In this document: in pieces, positions 10,148-20,642 of the stretch
Layout of the letters: every line of letters starts with the position of its first letter
Numbering within the stretch: the stretch's first letter is position 1
Sequence record: NC_031927.1
Reading direction: 5' to 3' (one strand)
Length of the DNA stretch: 64,000 nt
Made by a program: the position numbers and the translations under genes
The notes under the pieces: generated by a model
What the model was told of the DNA's origin: nothing
Seen by the model: the letters and a program-made list of their open reading frames with translations, nothing else
Databases searched by the model: none

Positions 10148-12232
10148 ATGAGACTCTATTTCGGCAGAATTGCTCCCACTAAACCACAACAACAGCAAGT
10201 AGCTGGTGGTGGATGGGCTTGGAGATATAAAGTTCGTATCTTTGATAAGCATCCCCCTGATAAAAATGTTTTACCTGATGAGAACCTTCCTTGGGCACAA
10301 GTTCTAATGCCCGTAACTGCTGGTTCTGGTGCCGCAAATTATGCCCAGACTCCATCACTAAATCAGGGTGATACTGTTAGTATCGCATATTATGATGAAG
10401 ATGAACAGCAACCAATTATTACAGGCGTGCTACCGAGGACAGAATCTGTATCAACATCAGAGCCCGTAGATACTGGTAAAACTGGGTACACTCCATCAAC
10501 AGGATTCACGGAGAATAAGCCACAAAATAGTAAAATACCATCTGATGAGTCTAATGAAAACAATGTAAATAGTCAGCCATCAAATAGACCTGATCAACTA
10601 GCAGCTGCTGTTGGTAGTAGTGCTGCTTTGGCTGATACTTGTGATCCCAATGCATACAAGACAACAGCAGTAGCAACGGAGATTAACAACCTACTAAATG
10701 AGATTGGTAAGTTTTCCGATCAAGCATCTCGTGTTGAGTCTATGATATCAGGCACAATTGATCGTGTTCATGCACTAGTCAATCCATATGTTGGAGAGAT
10801 GTTCTTCAATCTATATGAAGCTCTTGTTCCTGTATTGAATGCTGGATTATCTGCTTTATATAAGAAAGTATATTCTATTGTATTGGCATCAACTGGGAGC
10901 CCGATCAAAGCCAAACTAGCAGCAGAGGCAGCTCTAATTGCCCTTATACCACCTATTCAGGCACTACAAGAGGCAATTCAGTTACTAGCTAATGCCGTTG
11001 TTACTGGAATGTTGAGTAAAGTTGAGGATTTGATTAGAGATACTATTGAAAATAACGATCAGTTTACTAGTTGTGCTGGTACACAATTTAACGGTGCTCT
11101 AGTCAATTCAATCATTAACGATATTGATGATGGTATCGGTCCACTTATTGCGGCAGTATCTGCTATTTTGAGTGGTGGATTTGCTACGGCAGACGCAATC
11201 AGATCAAGCTTGGATATTATTAGAGACTTTGCTGGTGGACTACTCGGTAAAAATCAGGGTGGTAATAAGTGTGGAGGTTTGGTTAAAGAGTATGTTATTG
11301 GTGTTGGACCAAAGAAAGATGTTGGTGATATTTTGAGTAATGTATTAGCCCAAGCAAATATGGCTAATGCCGCAGTTAATAGTGCTATTGGAGTTATTGA
11401 TTCTGTTGGGGGTATTGTAGATTCTACGAATAGCCTAACGAGACAGTTTGGAGACTTCCCATTCCTAAGTGAATTCTCCGAAGCTAATAGCCCACTAAAA
11501 GAGTGTTCCACAGAACCACCAAAAACTTGCTATGCCCCAGAAGTTTTTATTTTCGGTGGTAGAGGTGAAGGAGCAAAGGCAACTGCTTATGTTGGTCGCT
11601 ATGTTGATAGTGATGATGGAAGGACCGTTACTAATAAGAGGGGTGGTGTTGTTTCTATCAAGGTAGATGATGGTGGGAGTGGGTATGTTTATCCACCATT
11701 CGTTGAGATTAGAGACAACTGCAACCTAGGTATTGGTGGAGTTGCTAGATCAGTTATCAAAAATGGTAAAGTTATCAAGATTTACATAGTTACTCCTGGT
11801 GAGGGATACCCATCTGCCGGTCAGGAGTTGTTTGTTGTTGATGATGTTGAGGTCATCAGTGGTGGATCTGGATATGTTCCTGGTATTGTGCAGGATCAAT
11901 ATGGTGGTGAATACGAAGTAATCGTTGATGATGGTAGAGTAGTTACAATATTACCAATAAACATTATCCAAGTCCCCGATATTCCAGTTATCAAAATACC
12001 ACGGATCAGCCCTGAAATACCACCAGGAGGTATTCTAAATAATGGTAAGATTTATGATGCCTCTGGTGCATTCTTTGCTGATGCTGTTATTGGTAATGGA
12101 CTAACATTCAAGCCAGTTCTAGTTCCATTACCAACGGCAGAACAAATCGCATCGGGTGATGTATCAGATAATATCACCCCAAGACTTCTACAAACGGAAG
12201 TTGTCCAAGTTATTGATTGTGTGGAGGATTGA
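10148..12232 (+). CDS. gp5: Baseplate central spike, N-terminal/OB-fold part
   Basis: RYKVRIF..H, LPWAQVLMP.T.GSG, G..V....D...Q.P.I.G OB-fold signature; no T4-type lysozyme motif seen. Confidence 0.8.
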   Translation: MRLYFGRIAPTKPQQQQVAGGGWAWRYKVRIFDKHPPDKNVLPDENLPWAQVLMPVTAGSGAANYAQTPSLNQGDTVSIAYYDEDEQQPIITGVLPRTESVSTSEPVDTGKTGYTPSTGFTENKPQNSKIPSDESNENNVNSQPSNRPDQLAAAVGSSAALADTCDPNAYKTTAVATEINNLLNEIGKFSDQASRVESMISGTIDRVHALVNPYVGEMFFNLYEALVPVLNAGLSALYKKVYSIVLASTGSPIKAKLAAEAALIALIPPIQALQEAIQLLANAVVTGMLSKVEDLIRDTIENNDQFTSCAGTQFNGALVNSIINDIDDGIGPLIAAVSAILSGGFATADAIRSSLDIIRDFAGGLLGKNQGGNKCGGLVKEYVIGVGPKKDVGDILSNVLAQANMANAAVNSAIGVIDSVGGIVDSTNSLTRQFGDFPFLSEFSEANSPLKECSTEPPKTCYAPEVFIFGGRGEGAKATAYVGRYVDSDDGRTVTNKRGGVVSIKVDDGGSGYVYPPFVEIRDNCNLGIGGVARSVIKNGKVIKIYIVTPGEGYPSAGQELFVVDDVEVISGGSGYVPGIVQDQYGGEYEVIVDDGRVVTILPINIIQVPDIPVIKIPRISPEIPPGGILNNGKIYDASGAFFADAVIGNGLTFKPVLVPLPTAEQIASGDVSDNITPRLLQTEVVQVIDCVED

Positions 12233-12234
12233 TC

Positions 12235-12873
12235 ATGGCTGCTAATTGGGAAAAGAGGTCACTACATAGTTTTGGTTCAAACTTTAGGTTGGACATATGT
12301 AATCCGCAGACTACAACATCAGGTAATCAAATCTATGAGTTGTATGCTGTTACTGATGAAGAAGAGGATGTAAGTCTTATTGGTTTAGGTGAGGATGGTA
12401 AATTCCACTTATATAATGATAAGACTATTGAGATCGTTGGTGGTCAAAAAGCATCATCAAATGGTATAGATATTCTCATTCAAGGTAAGAATGGTGATGT
12501 ATGTATCAATGCCGATAGAAATGGTCGCATCCGTATTCGTGGTAAGGACATTGTATTACAGGCTGATGAGGATGTAGATATTGTTGCTGGTAGAAACATC
12601 AACTTGAAATCCGGTTCTGGTCGTGTTCTTATTTCAGGGAACACCTTGGAGAAGACTGGATTGAAAGGTAATTTACTTGACCCATCCGCACAATGGGCAT
12701 TTAGAGTATTTGAAGGAACAGGTCTCCCAGCAGGTTCATTTGCACAATTAGCGTCACCATTCTCCGGTATTTCTAATTTAGCTGGTGACCTAATCAAAAA
12801 TCCCAATTTATTTTCTGGGTTCGTTCAAGGTGCTGTTAGTAACGCTATTGCTTCAGCATCCTCTTTTGTATAG
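12235..12873 (+). CDS. gp5 C-terminal beta-helix spike-like protein
   Basis: Repeating beta-strand pattern (GDVCINA, GRIRIRG, DIVLQADEDVDIVAGRNINLKSG); ATG at 12235 preferred to track start 12217. Confidence 0.65.
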   Translation: MAANWEKRSLHSFGSNFRLDICNPQTTTSGNQIYELYAVTDEEEDVSLIGLGEDGKFHLYNDKTIEIVGGQKASSNGIDILIQGKNGDVCINADRNGRIRIRGKDIVLQADEDVDIVAGRNINLKSGSGRVLISGNTLEKTGLKGNLLDPSAQWAFRVFEGTGLPAGSFAQLASPFSGISNLAGDLIKNPNLFSGFVQGAVSNAIASASSFV

Positions 12874-12913
12874 TGCCTAAATATAGCAGCACCCGTTTTA
12901 TTATTGTTTAGTA

Positions 12914-15874
12914 ATGTCTATTCAATTTCCAGCAAATCCAACAATTGGTCAAACATTTACAGATCCTGTAACTAATATCACTTACTATTGGAGTGGTAGT
13001 TATTGGTCTGCTCAAGGTCCCGGAACGGGTATTGGAGCCACAGGCGCTTCAGGTTCCGCAGGGGCTACGGGCGCTGGTGCTACGGGTGCTTCGGGTATTC
13101 CTGGTCCTAGGGGAAAGACTGGATCAACAGGTCCTAAAGGAGATAAGGGAGATAGAGGTTTTATTGGATTGACTGGCGCAACTGGTCCCGATGGATCACC
13201 TGGTGGTGCTACTGGTCCTCAAGGTGAGTTGGGTTCTACTGGTGCTACTGGTACTGTTGGACCTCTAGGTTCTACTGGTGCTACTGGTATTAGGGGTCTT
13301 ACAGGTGATCCAGGTGGTGCTACTGGTGCTACTGGTATTGCGGGTCTTACTGGAAATCAGGGTGCTACTGGTATTCAGGGTCCTATTGGTGATCCAGGTG
13401 GTGCTACTGGTGCTACTGGCGTTCAGGGACCACAGGGAGCAACTGGATCTGGTGCTACTGGTGTCCGAGGAGCAACTGGTGAGCAAGGACTAACTGGACC
13501 ACAGGGTGATCCTGGTGGTGCTACTGGTGCTACAGGTCCTCAAGGTTTTATTGGCGCTACTGGTATTGGTGCTACTGGAGCCACTGGTATTCAGGGACCA
13601 CAGGGAGCTACTGGTGTTCAGGGTCCACAGGGAGATAGTATTACTGGAGCAACTGGTCCTTTCGGTCCTGGCGGACTACCTGGAGCCACTGGATTAACTG
13701 GTCCCACTGGTCCACAGGGTGCTACTGGTGTTGGTGCTAGTGGTGCTACTGGTATTCAGGGTGATCCTGGTGGAGCCACTGGTGCTACTGGTGTTCTTGG
13801 TTCTACTGGAGCAACTGGAATCACTGGAGCTACGGGTGAGTTGGGTGCTACTGGACCACAAGGACAGCCGTCATTGGTTCCTGGACCTGATGGCTCTACG
13901 GGTTCTACTGGTCCTATTGGTCCTGTTGGTGCTACTGGTGTTGGTGCTACTGGTGCTACTGGTATTAATGGTCCTCCTGGTCCAAGAGGGCTTACTGGTC
14001 CTACAGGTGCTACTGGGGTTGTTGGTCCTTCAGGTGGTATTACAGCTCAATGGGACGCTAATGTATCTGTTCTAAATGCTAACAACGCTGCCCTTATCGC
14101 AGACTCCACAGGTTCTAATCTAAAAATATTTAAAGTATCAAAATTTGATCAAGGTTTTGGTGATCAAACAGCATTCTTAAGTGGATTGGTGCGGGGAAAT
14201 ACAATCACACTAGCTTCTGGTACTGGATCTTATATCTTTGAGGTCAAGGCTAATAGTGGTCTAGTCAATTCTGCTGGCGTTGAATGCTTCACCATCTTGG
14301 TTGAATCAACAGGTGGTAGTGGAGTACTTGATGCAGGTGCAATCACACTAACCAAGACAGTAACCAGCGCAACCTTCGCATTCTCTACAGCATCAATTGC
14401 ATATCCTAGTGCTGATGGTGATTTAACAATTGACTATAACTTTGAGTTCAACGGATATCCAAAGTATGTCGCATTCTCCCCAACAGATGTTTTAGGTGAA
14501 GATGTATCACAATTCTTCTTTGATCCTTTAGCCAATAGCCCAAACTTCACAGAGTTCTACTTCCAAGCACAAATCAGTGGTTCTATTAACGACTTCAGGT
14601 TTAATGTGAGGGGTGGTAATTACTATGCAGATATTAACTCTTGGTTATATGTTGGTGAAGTAGAGACTTTATATGAAGTTCCTGTAGGTAGTGCTGATAA
14701 TATCTCTGCTATTTGGAATGTTCAGGTTGCTGCTGTAGCTACGGGTGCTACTGGTCTTCCTGGTAATCCAGGTGGAGCCACTGGTGCTACTGGCGCTCAA
14801 GGTGTTGCAGGTTCTCCTGGTGGAGCCACTGGTGCTACTGGTGTTCAAGGTATTGCTGGTTTAGATGGAGCAACAGGTCCACAAGGTGCTGCTGGTCTTC
14901 CTGGTATTCAAGGTGATCCAGGTGGTGCTACTGGTGCTACTGGATTTACTGGTGCTATTGGAGCTACTGGTATTGATGGGATAGTTGGAACAACTGGAGC
15001 CACTGGTCCTCAAGGCGATCCTGGTGGTGCTACTGGTGCTACTGGTCTTCAAGGTTCAACTGGTTTAGGTGCTACTGGCGCTACAGGTCCTCAAGGTGAT
15101 CCTGGTGGTGCTACTGGTCCTCAAGGTCTACAAGGAAATCCTGGTACAAATGGTATTCCTGGTGATCCTGGTACAAATGGATTGAACGGGTCTACAGGTG
15201 CTACAGGTCCACAAGGTACATTTGGATTAACGGGTGCTACTGGATTAACTGGTCCCACGGGTCTTGGTGAGCTTGGTGGTACAGGTGCTACTGGTGCTAC
15301 AGGTCTTCCTGGTGCTGGCGGTACTCCTGGTTCTGATGGTGAGATTGGAGCTACTGGTCTTCAAGGTACACAAGGTGTGGATGGTGTACAAGGTACTGAA
15401 GGATTGGTTGGGGCTACTGGTCCTATTGGTCCACAAGGTCCAGCAAGTGGTGCTACAGGTGCTACTGGCTCTATTGGTCCACGGGGTTCTACGGGTGATC
15501 AAGGCGAGCCTGGTCCTCCTGGTCCTTTCGGTGGTCCTGCTGGTCCTCCTGGTCCTCCTGGTCCTGGTGGCGGTCCTACTGGTGCTGATGGCGCTACGGG
15601 TGCTACAGGCTTAACTGGTCCTTCAGGTGAGAAAGGAGATGCTGGTTCAATTGGTGCTCCTGGCTCTACTGGTGTTGAGGGACCCAAAGGTGATGGTGGA
15701 GCTACTGGTCCACAAGGTATTCAAGGTATTCAGGGAAACAATGGTGGATTGGGAGCTACTGGTGCTACTGGACCCGATGTGAGGGCAGTTGGTATCAACG
15801 CAATCTTTACTACCGCAGATGGAAAGACTATAACTGTTACTGATGGAATTATTACTAATGTAGTTGACGCCTAA
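12914..15874 (+). CDS. Collagen-like fibre protein (G-X-Y, GAT-rich) with central globular domain
   Basis: Two long G-X-Y tracts dominated by GAT/GPQ/GDP around a ~230-aa non-collagen domain; N-terminal FP.NP..GQ.F motif of fibre proteins. Confidence 0.85.
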   Translation: MSIQFPANPTIGQTFTDPVTNITYYWSGSYWSAQGPGTGIGATGASGSAGATGAGATGASGIPGPRGKTGSTGPKGDKGDRGFIGLTGATGPDGSPGGATGPQGELGSTGATGTVGPLGSTGATGIRGLTGDPGGATGATGIAGLTGNQGATGIQGPIGDPGGATGATGVQGPQGATGSGATGVRGATGEQGLTGPQGDPGGATGATGPQGFIGATGIGATGATGIQGPQGATGVQGPQGDSITGATGPFGPGGLPGATGLTGPTGPQGATGVGASGATGIQGDPGGATGATGVLGSTGATGITGATGELGATGPQGQPSLVPGPDGSTGSTGPIGPVGATGVGATGATGINGPPGPRGLTGPTGATGVVGPSGGITAQWDANVSVLNANNAALIADSTGSNLKIFKVSKFDQGFGDQTAFLSGLVRGNTITLASGTGSYIFEVKANSGLVNSAGVECFTILVESTGGSGVLDAGAITLTKTVTSATFAFSTASIAYPSADGDLTIDYNFEFNGYPKYVAFSPTDVLGEDVSQFFFDPLANSPNFTEFYFQAQISGSINDFRFNVRGGNYYADINSWLYVGEVETLYEVPVGSADNISAIWNVQVAAVATGATGLPGNPGGATGATGAQGVAGSPGGATGATGVQGIAGLDGATGPQGAAGLPGIQGDPGGATGATGFTGAIGATGIDGIVGTTGATGPQGDPGGATGATGLQGSTGLGATGATGPQGDPGGATGPQGLQGNPGTNGIPGDPGTNGLNGSTGATGPQGTFGLTGATGLTGPTGLGELGGTGATGATGLPGAGGTPGSDGEIGATGLQGTQGVDGVQGTEGLVGATGPIGPQGPASGATGATGSIGPRGSTGDQGEPGPPGPFGGPAGPPGPPGPGGGPTGADGATGATGLTGPSGEKGDAGSIGAPGSTGVEGPKGDGGATGPQGIQGIQGNNGGLGATGATGPDVRAVGINAIFTTADGKTITVTDGIITNVVDA

Positions 15875-15889
15875 TTTACCTTTTTTATT

Positions 15890-17797
15890 ATGACTTACGA
15901 GAACAAAAAAATCCCAGCTAACGGTTCTTTACTAGTTACCAGTAATGGTGCCGTCTCATATGCAGGCGCACCAACTGGAGACAAGAACCAAATTGTTACC
16001 TTTGATAAATTAAGGGCTGAACTACAAGCAACTAACTTGGGAGAACTTTTGTCTCTGGCTGGTATTTCAAGTGGTGGTGGTGGTACTGGTGTAGCTTTGA
16101 CTGTGAGAGAATCACAAGGGCTCGGCGGTACTGTTGGTAATAGTCTTGCTAATATCAATACTCTTACCTTTGACCAAAATACTGGTTTTAATGTAGAAGA
16201 GACTGGTGAAGATGGTGAGGCATTCATTAGGTTGGGTTCAGCATTCGCACCTTGGTTTGTAGCTGATTCCGAGACATTGAGACCAGAAGGTGAGGAATCA
16301 ATTGCATTCCTAACTGGTCCAGGTATTGCTATTACCACAAAAACTACGCGGACAGGTATTGGTACAACATTATCAAAAGCCATTATCTTTACTGGTACTT
16401 CTGCATTTGCCCCTTGGCTTGTAGATGGGCAAGATACACTAACTCCAGATGGTCAAGAGCCCATTAAGTTTGTTGGTATAGGTATTACTATCCTCACTGG
16501 TGCTACGGGTATTGGTAGCACTGAAGCCGAAGCTATTGGTATTGGTAGCACTGATGTAGTCAAAACTATTACATTCATTGGAGAAAAGGGTGCCCCTGGT
16601 GAGGGGGGCGGATCTACTGGTGCTACTGGTGTATTTGGATCTACTGGAGCAACTGGTCCTACGGGAGCTACTGGAAGTGATGGTTCTACGGGTGCTGGTA
16701 CGACAGGCGCTACTGGTGTTGCGGGTGCTACTGGGGCTACTGGAGCTACTGGAATGTTGGGTTCCACAGGAGCCACTGGTATTGGAGCTACTGGACCCAT
16801 TGGATCTACTGGTGCTACTGGTCCTCTTGGAACAACTGGTGCTACAGGTGTAGGTTCTACTGGTGCTACTGGACTTGCGGGATCCACTGGAATTGATGGT
16901 GCTACTGGTCCTCTTGGGTCCACTGGTGCTACTGGTCCTGTTGGTGCTACTGGTATTCCTGGTCCTCCTGGTCCTGGTGGTGGAGATCCTGGTCCCCCAG
17001 GTCCTGGTGGCGGTGCTACTGGTGCTACAGGTCCCGCAGGAGCTACGGGTATTCAGGGGGCTACTGGTTTAGGTGCTACTGGTGCTACTGGCGTATTTGA
17101 TAATACTAGTGATATCAATACTAGTGGGAACATTACTGCTGCTACTATCACTGCTACTGTTAAGTTTGATGGTGATCTAGAAGGTAATGCTGATACTGCT
17201 ACGGTATCAACTAACTCTAATATTATTACCGCTACTGGCTCTAACGAGCATAGGGTGATTATCGTTGATGGTGATACAGGAGATCTTGGATTGGAGAGTG
17301 ATAGTAATCTCACATTCAATCCAAATACAAATACTCTCACCGCTGGTAGTTTCGTTGGCGGTGGTGTTATTTCTGGCTTCGTACAGAACAGCACTACTAC
17401 AAGAGTTCAAACTAGTAGTACTAACTGGGCAAGTACTACATTATCTGCCACCATCAATAAAAAAACTGTAGATAGTTCTATTCTTATTATGGTGAATCAG
17501 AATTACTTGATCAGTAACGTTATTGGTAGTTTTAGGATTATGAGGGGGACAACTCCAATTTTCGCTGTTGATGGTGATATTGGTTTAATTAACAATACAA
17601 CTGGAAATCCAATTGTTTCAACAACAGCAGTTGCTTCTAGGTGGGCAGCTACCTTTATCGACACAACTCTAACTTCTGGTAATATCACATACTCAACAGA
17701 GTTTAGAAAGAGTTCTGGCGGTAGTGGAGCAACAGAATACCTTGTTGTTCAAAGTGCGAATATTGAGAGTTTGATTCAGGTGATTGAAATCTCATAG
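15890..17797 (+). CDS. Second collagen-like fibre protein
   Basis: GAT-rich triplet tract (~16600-17090), duplicated SAFAPW..D..TL.P.G.E.I.F motif, beta-rich C-terminal fibre domain. Confidence 0.8.
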   Translation: MTYENKKIPANGSLLVTSNGAVSYAGAPTGDKNQIVTFDKLRAELQATNLGELLSLAGISSGGGGTGVALTVRESQGLGGTVGNSLANINTLTFDQNTGFNVEETGEDGEAFIRLGSAFAPWFVADSETLRPEGEESIAFLTGPGIAITTKTTRTGIGTTLSKAIIFTGTSAFAPWLVDGQDTLTPDGQEPIKFVGIGITILTGATGIGSTEAEAIGIGSTDVVKTITFIGEKGAPGEGGGSTGATGVFGSTGATGPTGATGSDGSTGAGTTGATGVAGATGATGATGMLGSTGATGIGATGPIGSTGATGPLGTTGATGVGSTGATGLAGSTGIDGATGPLGSTGATGPVGATGIPGPPGPGGGDPGPPGPGGGATGATGPAGATGIQGATGLGATGATGVFDNTSDINTSGNITAATITATVKFDGDLEGNADTATVSTNSNIITATGSNEHRVIIVDGDTGDLGLESDSNLTFNPNTNTLTAGSFVGGGVISGFVQNSTTTRVQTSSTNWASTTLSATINKKTVDSSILIMVNQNYLISNVIGSFRIMRGTTPIFAVDGDIGLINNTTGNPIVSTTAVASRWAATFIDTTLTSGNITYSTEFRKSSGGSGATEYLVVQSANIESLIQVIEIS

Positions 17798-17802
17798 GAA
17801 TA

Positions 17803-17823
17803 TGGTATAATAGATACTATAAT
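17803..17823 (+). promoter_or_regulatory. Sigma70-like extended -10 promoter(s) for the glycosyltransferase operon
   Basis: TGGTATAAT (17803-17811) and a second TATAAT at 17818-17823. Confidence 0.6.
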
Positions 17824-17836
17824 ATAGTTGTTTATT

Positions 17837-18910
17837 ATGCGATTTCATATTCTGGGTTTGCCCCACACAGTATCCAGTAAAGAATATGTTGCCTGTGCTT
17901 ATACCCAAAAGGTAGTAAAGTTCGGCAAAATGATGAAGGAACGTGGTCACGAGATAATTCACTATGGTCACGAAGATAGTGATCTAGTATGCGATGAGCA
18001 CGTCACTGTGACCACTAATGCCGACTTGGAGAAGGCATATGGTTCATATGATTGGAGAAAGAACTTCTTCAAGTTCAATACAGGCGATCACGCATATCAA
18101 ACATTTTATAAAAACGGGATTGAAGAAGTTGGAAAACGTAAGCAGAAGAATGACTTTATTCTCCCTTTTTGGGGATCAGGTACTCGCCCTATTTGTGATG
18201 CTCATCCTGACCTTATCACAGTAGAGCCTGGTATTGGCTACGCAGGAGGTCATTGGGCTAACTGGAAGATCTTTGAGAGCTACGCTATTATGCACGCTTA
18301 TCAAGGTCTTGAATCTGTTGGTACTTGTAAGCAGAGCTGGTATGATGTAGTCATCCCAAACTATTTCGATTTAGAGGACTTTGAGTATGCGCCAGAGAAT
18401 AAAGAGGATTATTTTCTATTTTTGGGTCGTGTATATGCTGGTAAAGGTATTGATATTGCCGTCCAAGTAACCGAGAAGATCGGAGCGAAGCTAGTAGTAG
18501 CTGGACAGAACCCAGAGAACAGAACATTCCCCCCACACGTTGAGTTTGTTGGCTATGCCGACGTAGAGACCCGTAAGAGGCTTATGAGCCGCGCCAAGGC
18601 ATCCTTTGTAGCTTCCACCTACTTGGAGCCATTCGGTGGCGTACAGGTGGAGAACTTGCTCTCAGGCACCCCTACGATCACCACTGATTGGGGAGCATTC
18701 GTTGAGAACAACCCACACGGACTAACGGGATTCCGTTGCCGCACTTTTGCTGACTTTGTAGATGCCGCTAAAAACATTGATACTATTGCTCCTAGCGTAT
18801 GTCGTAGTTATGGTGAGCAGTTCGCCTTAGAGAATGTAGCACCACGATATGAGAAGTTTTTCCAAGATGTTCTCAATGTATATACTGGTGAAGGCTGGTA
18901 TCAACTATGA
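17837..18910 (+). CDS. Glycosyltransferase family 4 (GT-B)
   Basis: FLFLGRV...KGIDIA and [26 protein letters not shown] (E-x7-E motif); ATG at 17837. Confidence 0.9.
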   Translation: MRFHILGLPHTVSSKEYVACAYTQKVVKFGKMMKERGHEIIHYGHEDSDLVCDEHVTVTTNADLEKAYGSYDWRKNFFKFNTGDHAYQTFYKNGIEEVGKRKQKNDFILPFWGSGTRPICDAHPDLITVEPGIGYAGGHWANWKIFESYAIMHAYQGLESVGTCKQSWYDVVIPNYFDLEDFEYAPENKEDYFLFLGRVYAGKGIDIAVQVTEKIGAKLVVAGQNPENRTFPPHVEFVGYADVETRKRLMSRAKASFVASTYLEPFGGVQVENLLSGTPTITTDWGAFVENNPHGLTGFRCRTFADFVDAAKNIDTIAPSVCRSYGEQFALENVAPRYEKFFQDVLNVYTGEGWYQL

Positions 18911-19809
18911 AGAGAATAGCATTCTTTACATATAATGAATGGGCTTTCGGGTCCATTCATAAAGCATTGATAAAGGAGCTATACAAAACTGGTATTGACT
19001 CTAATATCATTGATTGGAATGTCTCTTATAGTAGAGAAGAGTTCAATGCTTTTATGGATACATATGATGTATTTGTTACAGTACCAGGAAACGCAGTAAC
19101 TGCTCTGCTATCCTATGGTGTTCCTTATAATAATATCATTGCTATTGCCCACGGTAGGTATGATATACAATTTGGTTTAGCGGAATGTAATGACTTTAAT
19201 GCCTTCCGTGCTTATGGTGGGGTTAGTTTAGATTTAGCTGATTTTTCACATAAGAATGGAATAACCAAGGACTTCTATGTTGTCCGTAATGGTATTAACT
19301 TTGATGAGTTCTATCGTCCAGTAGCAGAACAACTAAATGTTATTGGTTATTCGGGTGTTATTGAAAAGGAGAATCCACACTCCAATATAAAAGATTGGAA
19401 GCGTGGTTATCTAGTCAAAGAAATAGCATCTAAAACAGATACCAAGTTACTTCTACCATCACAGAGGAGTCATCTAGCTATGGCTGCCTACTATAAGAAT
19501 GTTGATTGCCTTATGGTATCATCCACAGAACAAGAATCTTGTAGTCTTCCACTATTAGAAGCTGCCGCAGCAGGTAGGCTACCTATATCAACTCTCACTG
19601 GTATTAATAGAGACTTTGAAGTTCCTACTGGCGTTATACTACCGATGGAAGAAGACCGTTATTTGTTTGCTGGTACAAATGCTATCAATACACTCAAAGA
19701 AAACCCCAAGTTCTTTAAGCAGCTATGTACAAATGCCCAAGATTTTGCTAGAATGCATTACGATTGGTCAGTTGTTATAGACGGCTGGATTACTCTACTC
19801 ACACAATAA
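18907..19809 (+). CDS. Second GT4-like glycosyltransferase
   Basis: [44 protein letters not shown]. Confidence 0.82.
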   Translation: MKRIAFFTYNEWAFGSIHKALIKELYKTGIDSNIIDWNVSYSREEFNAFMDTYDVFVTVPGNAVTALLSYGVPYNNIIAIAHGRYDIQFGLAECNDFNAFRAYGGVSLDLADFSHKNGITKDFYVVRNGINFDEFYRPVAEQLNVIGYSGVIEKENPHSNIKDWKRGYLVKEIASKTDTKLLLPSQRSHLAMAAYYKNVDCLMVSSTEQESCSLPLLEAAAAGRLPISTLTGINRDFEVPTGVILPMEEDRYLFAGTNAINTLKENPKFFKQLCTNAQDFARMHYDWSVVIDGWITLLTQ

Positions 19810-19813
19810 TATT

Positions 19814-20410
19814 ATGCTTACCGATTTAATACAAGTTGTAGATTGCCTTACACCAGAACAAACTCAAAGGTGTTTGGAATTGCTGGAAAATTATGAATGG
19901 ACTCCAACTACCGTATTTGGTATGAGTGGTTGTGAAGTAAATCCAAGCATTCGTCTCAATGATAGAGTTTGTTTGAGTGATGCAGACGAGTGTGCTAAAA
20001 TTATGCACGAGGGAATGAATGCATCTCTTCTTACATACAAAGATATTGTGGGTGGTATTAACCAGGAGTTTCAAAAGTATCCTGTCCCAGGCACATATAG
20101 AACAAATTGTTATAGAGAATCCATTCAAGTCCTCCGATATACAGAAGGTCAATACTATAAATGGCACTCTGACGAAGCCACTGATAGGACTATAAGTGAA
20201 GCTAATAGAACTATTTCTATGGTTCTATACCTAACAGATGACTTTGAGGGTGGTAGAACTCACTTTATCCACCGCCACTATAAGCCAAAAGCTGGTCAGG
20301 TATTAGTATTCCCATCTAACTGGTGCTTCCCACACGAGTGTGAGGTAATCACCAAAGGAACTAAAATCGCAGCAGTTACTTGGTATCATTCACATTACAA
20401 TTTTGACTAA
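19814..20410 (+). CDS. 2OG-Fe(II) oxygenase, prolyl-4-hydroxylase-like
   Basis: YKWHSD (HxD), ISMVLYL.DDFEGG.T.F, PKAGQVLVFPS, distal PH, basic residue before VTW. Confidence 0.92.
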   Translation: MLTDLIQVVDCLTPEQTQRCLELLENYEWTPTTVFGMSGCEVNPSIRLNDRVCLSDADECAKIMHEGMNASLLTYKDIVGGINQEFQKYPVPGTYRTNCYRESIQVLRYTEGQYYKWHSDEATDRTISEANRTISMVLYLTDDFEGGRTHFIHRHYKPKAGQVLVFPSNWCFPHECEVITKGTKIAAVTWYHSHYNFD

Positions 20411-20601
20411 TGAGTAAAACTACACCCCAGACCGTCCACGAAGCACATCTAGCATCATTCAGTGGACGCTTAAATATGATTGCTGCCGCAGCACATTGTG
20501 GCTTAACATTACGAGAGTTTAAGATGACTTTCCGAGAGTTTTTGAAGTATAATCCACCTTCATATAGCCCAGAAACCACTCTACAACTTGATCTATTTTA
20601 G
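20410..20601 (+). CDS. Small hypothetical protein
   Basis: 63-aa ORF translationally coupled to the oxygenase (TAATG). Confidence 0.7.
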   Translation: MSKTTPQTVHEAHLASFSGRLNMIAAAAHCGLTLREFKMTFREFLKYNPPSYSPETTLQLDLF

Positions 20602-20642
20602 CCTGCTAAATATAGTAACAGTTTTATTATGGGTACGGAAAA

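Noticed and set aside
13265-17072. Leu/Val-rich and Ser/Thr-rich ORFs overlapping the collagen genes
   Set aside because: Shadow frames created by GGTGCTACT triplet repeats
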